From positions 13,144,001 to 13,208,000 of the forward strand of contig NC_073404.1 in NCBI RefSeq assembly GCF_028641065.1: a DNA stretch of 64,000 bases. The letters are read 5' to 3'. Origin of the DNA: Leucoraja erinacea (lineage: Eukaryota). The first letter of the stretch is position 1, and each line of letters begins with the position of its first letter. The notes below the pieces were generated by a model, which made no database searches, was not told the origin of the DNA, and saw nothing but the letters and a program-made list of their open reading frames with translations. The position numbers and the translations under genes were made by a program. Shown piece by piece: positions 25,001 to 36,279 of this stretch.

Positions 25001-28000
25001 ATCTCCTTCACTCTACAATCTGCTGCCAAAGGAGAAGAGTAGTGCAGATTCTCCATGGGTGCTCTTGGTAAATCTTGATGACATCTAATTTAAGATGCGA
25101 TGAGGCATGGGTGGAGGTAGTAGCGGAGGTGGCGGAGTGGTGGGTCAATAATGGAATTTGTATGTGGCACTGTGCTACACCAGACGGCAGCTGTCAAAAC
25201 CAAACCAGGCCAGTGCTGTTCACTGACCTGTTGACAGGCAAACAGTGACAGGGACAGCTTGAACGATGAACAAGTTACGAACTGTAGGCTTTACCATTCC
25301 CACACCATTTCCCATCTTTGTGTTCTAGAATGGCATTGTTCCCATTGTGGAGCCTGAGATTCTACCAGACGGCGAGCATGATCTGAAGAAATGCCAGTAC
25401 GTCACAGAAAAGGTGGGTCTGTACAAAGTGCCTGTACACCAGCGGTACCTGTGATCCCGGGCCATTCCAAATCTTTTTTTAGCTGCTGTTGGATGTTGAA
25501 CCAGAGACTCTTCTGTAAAATGGGAATGAGAGGAGGCAAACTCTACAAATGGAGGACAAATGGAACAATGTAAGGAGTTACAGAAAACAGTGGCCAGTGA
25601 ATGAATCTCATGGCAGAATTATTGCTTTGGACTCCCAAGTGAAGATTCATCACTGTCAATGTTTGTATCTGGGGTTTCCACCGCGTCCTCTGGTTTCCTC
25701 CATTTCTCAGGACGTGAGGTTTATAGGTTAATTTATAGACCTTTGTAAAATTGCCCCTCGTGGGTAGGAAATGTACGTTAAACTAACATTGGCCCGGTGG
25801 TCAGTGTGGGCTCAGTGGCACTGGAGGGTCTGTTTCCTTGCTATAGCTTTCAATCAAATGGAAGAATTTGACTCCAAATGTTGTCTGTCCATTTTGATCA
25901 GCAGATAATGCTGGACCCTCTCAGTCTACATTTTAGCCTGGTCTCGCTTCTCTCCGAGGGCCTGCCCTTCAGGAGTGGAGCAGAATGTTGGTACTTCCAC
26001 GTACCAAGCAATTAGTTGTTATTTAAAAAGTTATTGGAAAAAACAGTCTGTGAGAGATTTTCCTTCCCTTCCCATCCCATTGTCCCTGTATGTCTGTGCA
26101 GAATGATCTACTGATCAATTTGTGGCCAATTTGTGTCTTCTGATCTGAATCACAATGCAAACACTGGCCTGCGTGAACTTCTACCCATTTAATCTCCATC
26201 CCATAACGATAACTATGGTGGGAAGCAAAACCTTTCTCTGAACTAAGCCTTGGTAAACTATGCAATGCTCTACTCTTTGTGTTTTAGGTGTTGGGGGCTG
26301 TTTATAAAGCACTGAGTGATCACCATATTTACCTGGAAGGTACTTTGCTGAAGCCCAACATGGTGACTCCTGGCCATTCTTGCCCTACCAAATACAGCCC
26401 CGAGGAGATTGCCACTGCAACAGTTACTGCACTGAGGCGCACTGTCCCACCTGCCGTTCCAGGTATTTTGTTCATCAAGCTGTGGTGAGACGGGCATTTG
26501 CTTGTGACCTAACTGATATTAATATGGAGCAGGCTGGAGACACAAGGAAGTGCGGACGCTAGGATCTTGATCAAAACACACAAAGTGCTGGAGTAACTCT
26601 GAAGAAGGGTCCCAACCCGAAACGTTGCCTAACCATTCCCTCCACAGACGCTGCCTGACCCGTTGAGTTACTCCAGCACTTTGTGTTAATGAGGATCCGT
26701 GTGGCTATGCAGTTCCAATGAGTGGCTTTGCTGTTTAAAATTACACATTGGGTTTTTTTCGCTGTTTAATTTCTACAAACCTGACTTTGGTGTCACGTAA
26801 AAAGTGTAGATGTGTAAATGCTCGAGGGAGTGATTTCGACCAATTTTCCAGGGAACTTGGAAAATAGTAATTGTGGATCAAACTACACATCCAGTTGCCA
26901 GATTCATTCTCTGGCATAGGTTAGTTCCTTGCAGGGAACAATCTTGGCAAAAAAACTTACAGTTTATACCCTCTGTCAGCACTCCAAGTTTAAAATATTT
27001 TTAATAAATTTAAAAAACGGCACCCCTATGTCCTTGAGTTTCACAGACATGTTGCTAATAGCAGAATGGTACAGGCACAACTCAGACCTTGAGCTTACCA
27101 CCAGCCACAACATCTCCACAATCTTTCTGTCTTTCACAGAACCACTCTCTCCTCCTCCGATTGCTTGCTAGCTCTTGACCCACCTCACCGCTTCACCTTC
27201 CCTCTGCTCTTTCAATGTGAATGGTGAAAACCATTGACTGCTCATTTCCTCCCACAGTTGCTGCTCGATCCGATGGCTTCCTCCAGCAGATTGTCTGTTG
27301 CTTCACACTGTTATTGTCTGCTTTCTCCCAAGGAGTCACATTCTTATCTGGAGGGCAGAGTGAGGAGGAGGCCACCATCAACCTCAATGCTATCAATAAG
27401 TGTCCACTGCCAAAGCCATGGGCACTCACCTTCTCCTTTGGCCGAGCCCTGCAGGCCTCTGCGCTGAATGCCTGGGGAGGCGAGAAAGACAACATGCAGG
27501 CCGCACAGGATGTGTTCATGAAGCGTGCTGAGGTAACGGTGCTCTCTGGGAACGTGCCGTGGCTCCACAAAGGGTTCCTGGACCTGGCATTGTACCAGCA
27601 ACCGATGGTGCATGCCGAAGGAAACAGTGAATACATTGGGTGGGACACGGGTTTAATGAGGGACTGAGGTCGGGAGTCTGCCCTTTATCACCATTCACCA
27701 CCACCTGATCGTGGACATTTAGTTTACAGATACAGCATAAAAACAGGCCATTCGGCCCACCAGTCCATACTGACCATTAATCACCCATTCACACTAGTTC
27801 TATGTTATCCCAATTTCTGATGCACTCACTACACATTAGGGGTCAATTTTACAAAGGCCAATCAACCTACAAAATAGACAATAGACAATAGGTGCAGGAG
27901 TAGGCCATTCGGCCCTTCGAGCCAGCACCACCATTCACAGTGATCATGGCTGATCATCCACAATTAGAACCCTATTTCTGCCTTCTCCCCATATCCCCTG

Positions 28001-29430
28001 ACTCTGTTATCTTTAAGAGCTGTATCTAACTCTCTTGAAAGCATCCAGAGAATTGGTCTCCACCGCCCTCTGAGGCAGAGAATTCCACAGATTCACAACC
28101 CTCTGTGTGAAAAAGTATTTCCTCATCTCGGTTCTAAATGACTTACCCCTTATTCTTAAACTGGCCCCTGGTTCTGGACTCCCCCAACATCGGGAGCATG
28201 TTTCTTGCCTCCAGTGTGTCTAAACCGTCAATAATCTTGATATGTTTCAATAAGATCCCCTCTCATCCATCTAAATTCCAGAGTATGCAAGCCCAGCCGC
28301 TCCATTCTATCAACATAGGACAGTCCTGCCATCCCGGGAATTAACCTAGTGAATCTACGCTGCACTCCCTCAATAGCAAGAATGTCCTTCCTCAAATTTG
28401 GAGACCAAAACTGCACACAATACTCCAGGTGTGGTCTCACTAGGGCCTTGTACAACTGCGGAAGGACCTCTTTGCTCCTATACTCAATTCATCTTGTTAT
28501 GAAGGCCAACATGCCATTCGCTCTTTTCACTGCCTGCTGTATCTGCAGGCTTACCACACGTATTTGGAAGGAAACTGAAGCAACGGGAGGAAACCCGTAG
28601 GGAAATCGTAGGGAGAACGTGGAAACTCCACACAGACAGCACCTGAGGCCTAGATCAAACCTGGGTCTCTGGTGCTGTGAGGCAGCAGCTCTATTAGCTG
28701 TGCCACCCTAATGATAATCAGGTCTGCTCCAGTTATTGCTTTACTGACTCTTTGAAAAACCATTTACCTTACTAAATCAGCAACTAAATCACCATGAAGA
28801 GTCACAGTGCCCCTTGTAGTACTTCACAGGAGAACCATTAGAAGCAGACATTGATACTGAAATAGATACTGAAATAGATGGTCAGAAGCTTGGTTTAAGA
28901 CAGAGGTTTGATGGGTATCCTTAAAGCAGGGAATTTTGAGTTTGGGTTTTAGCAAATGAAAACATGATCACCAGTGAAAATGAGATGAACGAGAACACCA
29001 GCCACAAAACGGGATGTCCCCGAAGGACAAGATGCTGGCGGAGCAGATATAAATAGGACGGGCAATAGGCTATGAAGGGAGTGATATGAACAGAATGAGA
29101 ATTTTAAAATGGTAACTGCTGCTGTACCAGGGAGTTTTCCAGGGTGAACATGCACAGGGAGTGGGGGTGTGGGCCTGGGTTGCCAACTAGGAGAACAGGA
29201 ATATTTTACATGCCCCGTTCGTTATACGTTGGTTTTCGCCAGTGGTCGGCAACTGCATTGTTCTGGGCTTTTTCTATGTTTCAATCGCCTTTCTCTTGTT
29301 TCAGGTTAACAGCTTGGCCTCCCTTGGGAAGTACGAGCCAAGCATTGAGCCAAGCACTGAGGGTGAAGGTGAAGGTGAGGGTGAAGGTGCAGCCAACCAG
29401 TCTCTCTACATAGAAAATCATGCTTACTGA
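18918..29430 (+). CDS. ALDOC: Fructose-bisphosphate aldolase C, complete, 374 aa; join(18918..19029,19537..19748,21114..21168,23590..23750,25329..25412,26288..26462,27333..27532,29305..29430)
   Basis: Class I aldolase motifs are intact: [27 protein letters not shown], Schiff-base [17 protein letters not shown] and C-terminal NHAY. Exon sizes 112/212/55/161/84/175/200 follow the vertebrate aldolase structure. The MTHQ start, SLYI.NHAY end and SPAG5/PIGS neighbours point to the C isozyme. Confidence 0.96.
19537..19748 (+). CDS. ALDOC: ALDOC coding exon 2
   Basis: tcccag|GGAGC...ATCAAG|gtaagc; [19 protein letters not shown]...IVAGIK. Confidence 0.95.
20045..20395 (+). mobile_element. CR1 LINE RT C-terminal fragment
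   Basis: [43 protein letters not shown]; contains an internal 36-bp tandem duplication. Confidence 0.85.
20521..20705. mobile_element. Palindromic Penelope-associated element with target-site duplication
   Basis: Near-perfect hairpin flanked by acccaggcagttt(t)gta at 20504-20520 and 20703-20718. Confidence 0.8.
21114..21168 (+). CDS. ALDOC: ALDOC coding exon 3
   Basis: ttccag|GTC...CAAG|gtaaag; [19 protein letters not shown] (55 nt). Confidence 0.95.
21245..21558 (+). mobile_element. V-SINE (HE1-like)
   Basis: B-box-like gggtgcaatcc, V-domain, agggcctgtttcc...aactaaa tail. Confidence 0.7.
23080..23400 (+). mobile_element. V-SINE (HE1-like), young copy
   Basis: tRNA head with B box gttcgatccc, V-domain, gggccgaagggcctgtttccgcgctgtatctctaaact tail. 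Confidence 0.85.
23590..23750 (+). CDS. ALDOC: ALDOC coding exon 4
   Basis: ttgaag|GC...CAGCAG|gtacag; [27 protein letters not shown]...YASICQQ. Confidence 0.95.
24215..24837 (-). mobile_element. Solo LTR inserted into a CR1 fragment
   Basis: TG...CA ends (TGAAAAAG...CTTTATCA) and 4-bp duplication CCCT. It splits the CR1 motif gcaccct|ctccaa. Minus-strand TATA-like and AGTAAA signals. Confidence 0.7.
25329..25412 (+). CDS. ALDOC: ALDOC coding exon 5
   Basis: ttctag|AAT...GAAAAG|gtgggt; [28 protein letters not shown]. Confidence 0.95.
26288..26462 (+). CDS. ALDOC: ALDOC coding exon 6
   Basis: ttttag|GTG...CCAG|gtattt; contains the Schiff-base lysine (LLKPNM). Confidence 0.95.
27333..27532 (+). 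CDS. ALDOC: ALDOC coding exon 7
   Basis: cccaag|GAGTC...GCTGAG|gtaacg; [40 protein letters not shown]. Confidence 0.95.
27873..28552 (-). mobile_element. CR1 (HER1-like) LINE 3' fragment nested in a V-SINE
   Basis: Minus-strand [43 protein letters not shown]; aatagac tail repeats; SINE halves at about 27718-27872 and 28555-28706. Confidence 0.85.
29305..29430 (+). CDS. ALDOC: ALDOC last coding exon
   Basis: tttcag|GTT...TAC TGA; [41 protein letters not shown]. Confidence 0.95.
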   Translation, partial: VNSLASLGKYEPSIEPSTEGEGEGEGEGAANQSLYIENHAY

Positions 29431-30187
29431 ACGCAAACCACAGGAAAGTACTAGTAATAAAATCAATGAAAAAAAAAATCTCCAATCGGCTTCTCGTAAT
29501 CAGCTGACCCACAGCCTCTGCTGCCTTGTACCTCGTGTTCTCACTGCCTGCGTTGTTTAACTGTGTAGCTGTGACTTAAGTTTAAGAGTACGGGCAACAC
29601 TATACCCCCCTCCCTCCAGTCCCAAAAATCAATTGCCCAAGTTAATTTAGTTTCACTTTATGATACTCTCTACCAGATGTCTTGCGACCTGTCGATATCA
29701 ATGGACATTGGATGTTCAGCACCCTCAAATATCATGCCGTGTTTTCTTGCTTCCCTGAAAGATTGAAACGTAATCGTAATGTTGCCTGCCTTGCCTCTTG
29801 CCTCTTAATCACCCAGGCTTGTGATGAACAAGTAATCTTTCCGATAACCACTTGTAGATCAGATAGTCACCGCAGATTGCTGTGTGATAATGTGAATATG
29901 TTACTATAGCTTGTCAAGTGAGATCACAACAGAAGAGGTGGCTGCACACTTGAATATAGAGGAGTAATTATTACTAATAGATATATACACACACCACAAG
30001 CTGAAACTGGTTGCAGACAGTGCTCATTGTGTTCTCTCCCTGCACAGGGAAACAGGGGATGCACTGTTCGTATATTCCTTTGTACACAGGGTGACAGTGG
30101 ATGCAATTACATGGGGGCGCTGAGTGTTGTGTTTAAAAGTATTTTGTGATATATAACTGTACTGACTCTACATCTACCAGTAGTTAC

Positions 30188-30193
30188 AATAAA
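30188..30193 (+). terminator. Likely distal ALDOC poly(A) signal
   Basis: AATAAA about 760 nt after the stop, at the end of a repeat-poor 3' UTR-like stretch. A proximal AATAAA lies at 29456-29461. Confidence 0.5.
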
Positions 30194-32362
30194 CAAAGGG
30201 AACAAACCCTAGTATTATTGTCTATACTCAATTTAATGAAGAACTTTTAATTTCATTTGCGGTTGATGCAGAAACGGCCTGACCAACATTGCTGCTTTCT
30301 TAAACCTTGTGTTGAATGAATGAATGAGTGAATGGATGATACTTTATTGTCACATGTGACAAGTCACAGTGATATTCTTTGTTTTGCATACCCCAAGGTA
30401 TGCAAAGAGTCGCCACACATACGAGTCGATAAAGTTACGTATCCCATTTTAACACAAACAATTTTTAACACTTTCCATTTGTCACCACTCTCCATAAAAC
30501 AAAATCTTTCTTCCCAACTACTGCCTCTGTGCTGTTCTCCAATCTTTCCTGCCACTCTCGTCTTCTTTGAGTGTCCTGGACCCGTTTCTCTTCCCACAGG
30601 TGCTGCCTGACCTGCCGAGTGTTTCTTCCACTGTGTGTTCAGGTTTCCAGCGCCTAGTATTTGATCTTCACTTGACATTCATCCCTTCACTTGATGCCCT
30701 GTTGACACAGAGAACTGTTAATAAAGCCACAGAAAAATCCTGGTAGTTGTCGTGTCTCTGGGTCCAACCCTGTTCACATTGTATGATCCCACCATTCTAC
30801 ACTGGCCACTTCTCTAGGTTTTGCTAGATCTGATGTGAACTGTGGTGCTGCTGAGGCTCTTGAAAGATGCCCATGAATTCCCCGATGAATTGTTATAGCA
30901 TGGGTCAATGCAAGCAGCCCTGTGCTTAAATGACAGTTGCATCTGCCAAATCCTAATCTGTGCAGGTTTAGTGATGCCTGCCATTAGTAATCATGACTAA
31001 TTCTACACATGAGTAAATTATTATCATCTTTATTCAGATGCTTTGATTCCCATTTTCTTTGCCAGAGGCAAGCTCTGTCTAATTCCAAAGAACCGTTCTA
31101 TTGGACAGTAAAAATAAATGTTTCCTCACGAGAATTGTCAGTGTCTATTATCCATGTAATGGGAGGGAGTCAATATCACCAGCTATTTGTTTACTGATCA
31201 GGGGGACACCATATCAAGCGATAACAAGCAGGGAACAGAGTTATCTTAGTTTAGTGTTTTGGAGTTCTGCCAGTCTCATTGAGGGCAGTGTCAATGTTTT
31301 CTGTCACTTTAAACTGTTCTCAATGGAACAGAAGGGAATTTGCAAGCTTTTGTTGAATGTTTCTTTGTTTGGCCCTTTCCTGTGGTATTTAGTCTCTGCT
31401 GTTCGTAAATGAGTGTATCCTCCAGTGTTGCCCAAACATACTCCATGCTTTGGAGTGTATAGGTAGTTCTGCTATAAAGGACTTTTTAATAGCTACAATA
31501 GCTCATTTTTGTTGCGTTAAAAATACTAAAGGCTGTATATGTTAATATAGTGCCATTGCACAATTGTCACAATATAAGTCTGATGAAAGGTCCCGATCTG
31601 AAACGTCACCTATCCATTTTCTCCAGGGATGCTGCCTGACCTGCTGAGTTACTCCAGCACTGTCAATAGGAGTGATTTCTTGCAAATTTTAATGGCCATC
31701 TGTGGTAAAACTGACAAGCTGCATTCTTATAATACAACAATGTGTTGTTGTTGGCTCCCCGACTTTTTTTTGTGCCAATTCGACTTGTTTTCTGCTTGTC
31801 AATTTCCAAAGTAACTTTTAAGTGACTCTCTGGATCATGTTATAATTAATTTGGTCCATGTAATACAATAGCATCCCCCCTAATTCATCAGTGGCATTAT
31901 ACCCAGTTAGTGTTATTGAAACATGAGTTACAGCAGAACAACCTGTAACTGGTTTGAACATTGAGCCTCCCAAGTGAGTTTGGATATTATTTCCTATTCT
32001 TGTTTCGTCCATGGATGAAACAAATTGTTTATAATATAAAAACTGATTTAAAGAATAGTGAGCCTTAATGCCTCCTCTGCCGTTCAGTAAGACCATGTCT
32101 GATCATTTACCTCAATGCTACTTTCCTGTACTAATAACCATGTGTCTTGATTCTCTTAATAACTAAAAATCTAAAAATCTACCTGCACGAATGAGCCGCT
32201 ACAGCCCTCTTGAGTTGGGAATTCCATGGATTTACCGGTTTGTGGGTGAAGAAATTTATTCTCATGAGTCAAGTGTTTAATTGTCATGTCTATTGGCAAT
32301 GGAAAAATTAGATTCTTACTTGCTGTTGTTTAACAGGGCCATTAAAGTAATAACACACAAGG

Positions 32363-32660
32363 TTTAGTTTAGTTTAGAGGTACAGCGCAGAAATAGGCCC
32401 TTCGGCCCACCTAGTCCGCACTGACTAGCAATCCCCGCACACTAACACTATTTTACGTACAATTTACACTTATAGCAAGCCAATTAACCTACAAACCTGT
32501 ACGTCTTTGGGGTGTGGGAGAAAACCGAAGATCTCAGAGAAAACCCACGCCGTCACTGGGAGAACGTACAGACAGCATCCGTAGTCAGGATCGAACCCGG
32601 GTCTCTGGCGCTGCAAGTGCTGGAAGGCAGCAACTCTACCGCTGCACCACAGTGCTGCCC
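32363..32660 (-). mobile_element. V-SINE (HE1-like), young copy
   Basis: Reverse complement with B box (ggatcgaaccc) and tttag tail. Confidence 0.85.
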
Positions 32661-32779
32661 GTGTAAGGTGTAAAACCAAAGTACATAGTGCAACCAAAAC
32701 AAAAGGGTCTTTATATTTTCTCACCCGAGTCATACCTGAACATCTTAAATGCCCCTGTATCACTGGACTTGAATGCCTG

Positions 32780-33770
32780 AGATCAAGTCCTCAGTAGATT
32801 GTAGACATCCTGGTTCATTGATGCGTTCTGGTTTGGGAACACTTGGATTGTGTTAATGGGAACACACTCCTCCACAAATTTTGTTCTGAAGTTGGTAACA
32901 ACCGTGGCATATTGTTCAGGTCCCTGAACCTCGCCCAGTCTACCGACATCACGTGAACACAAGGTTACTCCACTGCCTCACCTGTCCAGCTCTACACAAC
33001 CCTCTCCACTGGAGCTCAGCTCATCAGTCACTGAAGAAAGAGCACAGCCAGCTAATCACACACGATGAGGGCGAGGGATGGAGTGATAGGAATCTTTGAT
33101 GGTAGAGTTGCAGTGGTCAAGAGTATTTGATCCTCTGGTGCTGCAGGACTTATGGGGGTGGTAGTTTAGAAGTGACTTTGTTAAACTAGCCTTGTTGAAG
33201 ACTCGGCTGTGATGGGGAATGCTGTCTGTTGACCATGGCATGCAACTCTTCCAGTGCCAGTCGAGCATCTGTCTGGGGAGGGTCATAATGACGGTGGTGA
33301 AATCCCTTTGGAGATAGCAAGGACGGCACTTCACTGCTAGATGTTCCAGGTGCGTCAGAGTAGGGGTAGCACAGGACTGGTAAGTTTGAACACTACGAAG
33401 AGTTCACCATGAGGCAGACACTGACACCTTCCTCTTTTCTCAATGCATCTGCCCTGTCTGTGCAATCTTCAGGCTGAGTCTCAAGAGTTAGGGGCGAGTC
33501 ACATTTCAGTGAAACAAAGGGCACAGCCTTCCCTCATGTCCCTTTCGTAAAGAGCTCTTGCCCTAAAGTCCTCAATCTTATTTTCTAGGGTTGGCTGCAG
33601 GTAAGAATGAAGATCGACAGAAAATGCTGGAGTAACTCAGCAGGGCAGGCAGCATCTCTGGAGAGAAGGACTGTGTGATGTTTCGGGTCGAGACCCTTCT
33701 TCAGAAGACTACATTGGCCAATAGGATGCAAAATGGGGGCGGGGTCGTATTCCCAAGGGTCTCAGTGCCT
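32780..33770 (-). mobile_element. Degenerate LINE endonuclease-region fragment (Rex1/Babar- or L2-like)
   Basis: Minus-strand translation KCRPCYLQRDFT...FNKASL...STRGSNTLDHCNSTIKDSYHSIPRPH resembles an apurinic endonuclease domain; interrupted by a hammerhead-bearing element at about 33610-33704. Confidence 0.6.
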
Positions 33771-34452
33771 CGTTGCCACTTCCAGAAACACTACTCACTG
33801 TTTATATAAGCATGGGTTTGGGAACTGCATTACTAACAAGAGATTGCAATATTGTTAATACATTTAAATGGTCCACCAGCCAGTCTGCGCAGTACTAATC
33901 TTTTCATCTCTATCCTGATTGCTTGACTTATTAATTTGACCTCTGGTTTTAAAGATGCCAGCATCAACATCAGCTGCATGTCTACACAGTCAAACACTGG
34001 AGGGATTTAGACAATAGACAATAGGTGCAGGAGTAGGCCATTTCGAGCCAGCACCGCCATTCAATGTGATCATGACTGATCATCCCCAATCAGTACCCCG
34101 TTCCTGCCTTCTCCCCAGATCCCCTGACTCCACTATCTTTAAGAGCCCTATCTAGCTCTCTCTTGAATGTATCCAGAGAATACTTTCAGTGTTTCCATGA
34201 GATCATCTCTCATTCATCCCCACTCTCGATGAAGTCCAGTCCCGGTCTGTGATCTTTCCATGCACAACAAATGTGCCATTCCTGAAATACAACCTGGTGA
34301 ACCTCTGCAGCACTTCCTTTATCACAAGTACATAACGTCCTCAGTGATGGAGGGTAAAACGGTTTCCACATAACATTCCTGATATGGTCTCACCAGGCTA
34401 GGGTAAGGTAAAGAGGCGTTAATAAATGTGAACCAGGATACTGAATTCAGTG

Positions 34453-34584
34453 TTTAAGAAGGAACTGCAGATGCTGGAGAATCGAAGGTACACAAAAAAG
34501 CTGGAGAAACTCAGCGGGTGCAGCAGCATCTATGGAGCGAAGGAAATAGGCAACGTTTCGGGCCGAAACACTTCTTCAGACCCT
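34453..34584 (-). mobile_element. Penelope-associated element, single arm, 12-bp target-site duplication
   Basis: Flanked by ctgaattcagtg (34441-34452 and 34585-34596); minus strand CTGAAGAAGTGTTTCGGCCCGAAACGTT. Confidence 0.8.
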
Positions 34585-35231
34585 CTGAATTCAGTGCACT
34601 GACAGATGGGAAGCAGTGAAATTGAGGCATCTAGGTGTCTTGGGGCATGTGTAAAGCACAAACGTCCCTGGAGAGTGCAGTGAGAACTAGTTATACAACG
34701 ACAGGAAAAATCGAAAGGACAGTTATTGGCGAATATGGAGCAAACAGTAGAGGAACAGGACGTTTGCCCCAGAACTCTTGAGCAGACCTCACTTTAGCTA
34801 AATACGTATTCCCCAATCTCCCAATTGACCTCATTTTTTGATCTGCACTTTTTATGTAACTGTCACACTACATTCTGCAGTCCTTTCCTTTCAAAGTTTC
34901 CTTTATCCTTTTGCATTACCTGCTGCACACGTGTATAGTTTCAGTTTAATCGTGCACGGGTGACTGATCTGGATAGCAAAATAAAAAAAAAAGCTTTTCA
35001 TTGTAACTTGGTACACGTGACAAAAGTAAACCAATACCAAAATATGTCCACAGATCATAAAGGTGACAAAACAGATCAATGAGTGTAAGAAAGAAATGCA
35101 GACGCTGGTTCACATCGAAGATAGACACAAAATGCTGGAGTAACTCAGCGGGTGAGGCAGCATCTCTGGAGAGAAGGAATGGGCGGCGCCCATTCCTTCT
35201 CTCCAGAGATGCTGCCTCACCCGCTGAGTTA

Positions 35232-35414
35232 AGGGCCTGTGCCATTTGGGCCACATTTAGGAGTCACGCAGATGGAGAGCGAAGATTTTGTACATCCCAA
35301 AATCCTGGGCGTCACTGCCTACGTCACCACGCACCATGCGCGCATCACGTGCGCGTCACGATGCGCCGTGGCGCGTAAATGACGCGCAAACGATGCCCGA
35401 GTGCGACAGGCCCT
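35232..35414. mobile_element. PIF/Harbinger-type MITE
   Basis: Imperfect 20-bp terminal inverted repeats (AGGGCCTGTGCCATTTGGGC / AGGGCCTGTCGCACTCGGGC) and TTA duplication; nested in a palindromic element at about 35085-35440. Confidence 0.75.
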
Positions 35415-36279
35415 TTACTCCAGCATTTTGTGTCTACCTTAGACAGCTCAATGAAATGGTTAACAATGCATAAGGGCGCTTTCTTTCAGTACTAAGGCTT
35501 AACATGAGAGCAGGGAGATTTTGCAGAACCACTCAAATAAAGAATTAGGTCACAGCTTGAGTACGCCAAACATTTCCATTAAGATTTTACTGCACTGGAT
35601 ATGATCACAGATTCACTGCAATCAACACTGAAAATGCTGTTCATCGATGGGAAACATTAATACTCTTCTTGCTGCAGATATTAGTTAACCAATTTCCAGC
35701 ATTTTATTTTGGCACTGCAAATTTGCACTTTGTGCATAGTCCATATTTAAATGATTTTGCAATTGTTTTGGGGTTTTTTTAAAGATTCTTGCGATTGCTG
35801 TCCAATCAGTATTGTAGCGTTAAAGAAAGATGGCACAAGATTGTGTTTTCTTTCGCAACTCAGGTAGTGTGGAGATGTTTTGGCCTGTTGAGTCAGTGAC
35901 AGCTCTGTGCAAGTGATTCTGCTAATGCCATCCTCCCACTTCTCCCATCAGCAGTGCATATTCTTTCAACTACATTTCCACTCTTATCTGAATACAACAA
36001 GTGGATCTACCTCCAATAATATCCAAGAGGTGCTTCCAGTTACTAATTATTTGCTGTATAAATGAATTTTCTCGTCACAACTGGCGGGAGAGTCTAGGAC
36101 CAGAGGTCATAGTCTCAGAATTAAAGGCCGCTCTTTTAGAAAGGAGGTGAGGAGCACCTTCTTTAGTCAGAGGGGAGTTAATCTGTGGAACTCATTGCCA
36201 CACGGGGCAGTGGGGGCCTCCAGTGGATATTTTTAAGGACAAGATGGACAAGAGACAAAGACAAGAGATGGACAATTGT

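Noticed and set aside
18918-29430. Assignment as ALDOA or ALDOB
   Set aside because: Terminal motifs and the SPAG5/PIGS/UNC119 neighbourhood favour ALDOC.
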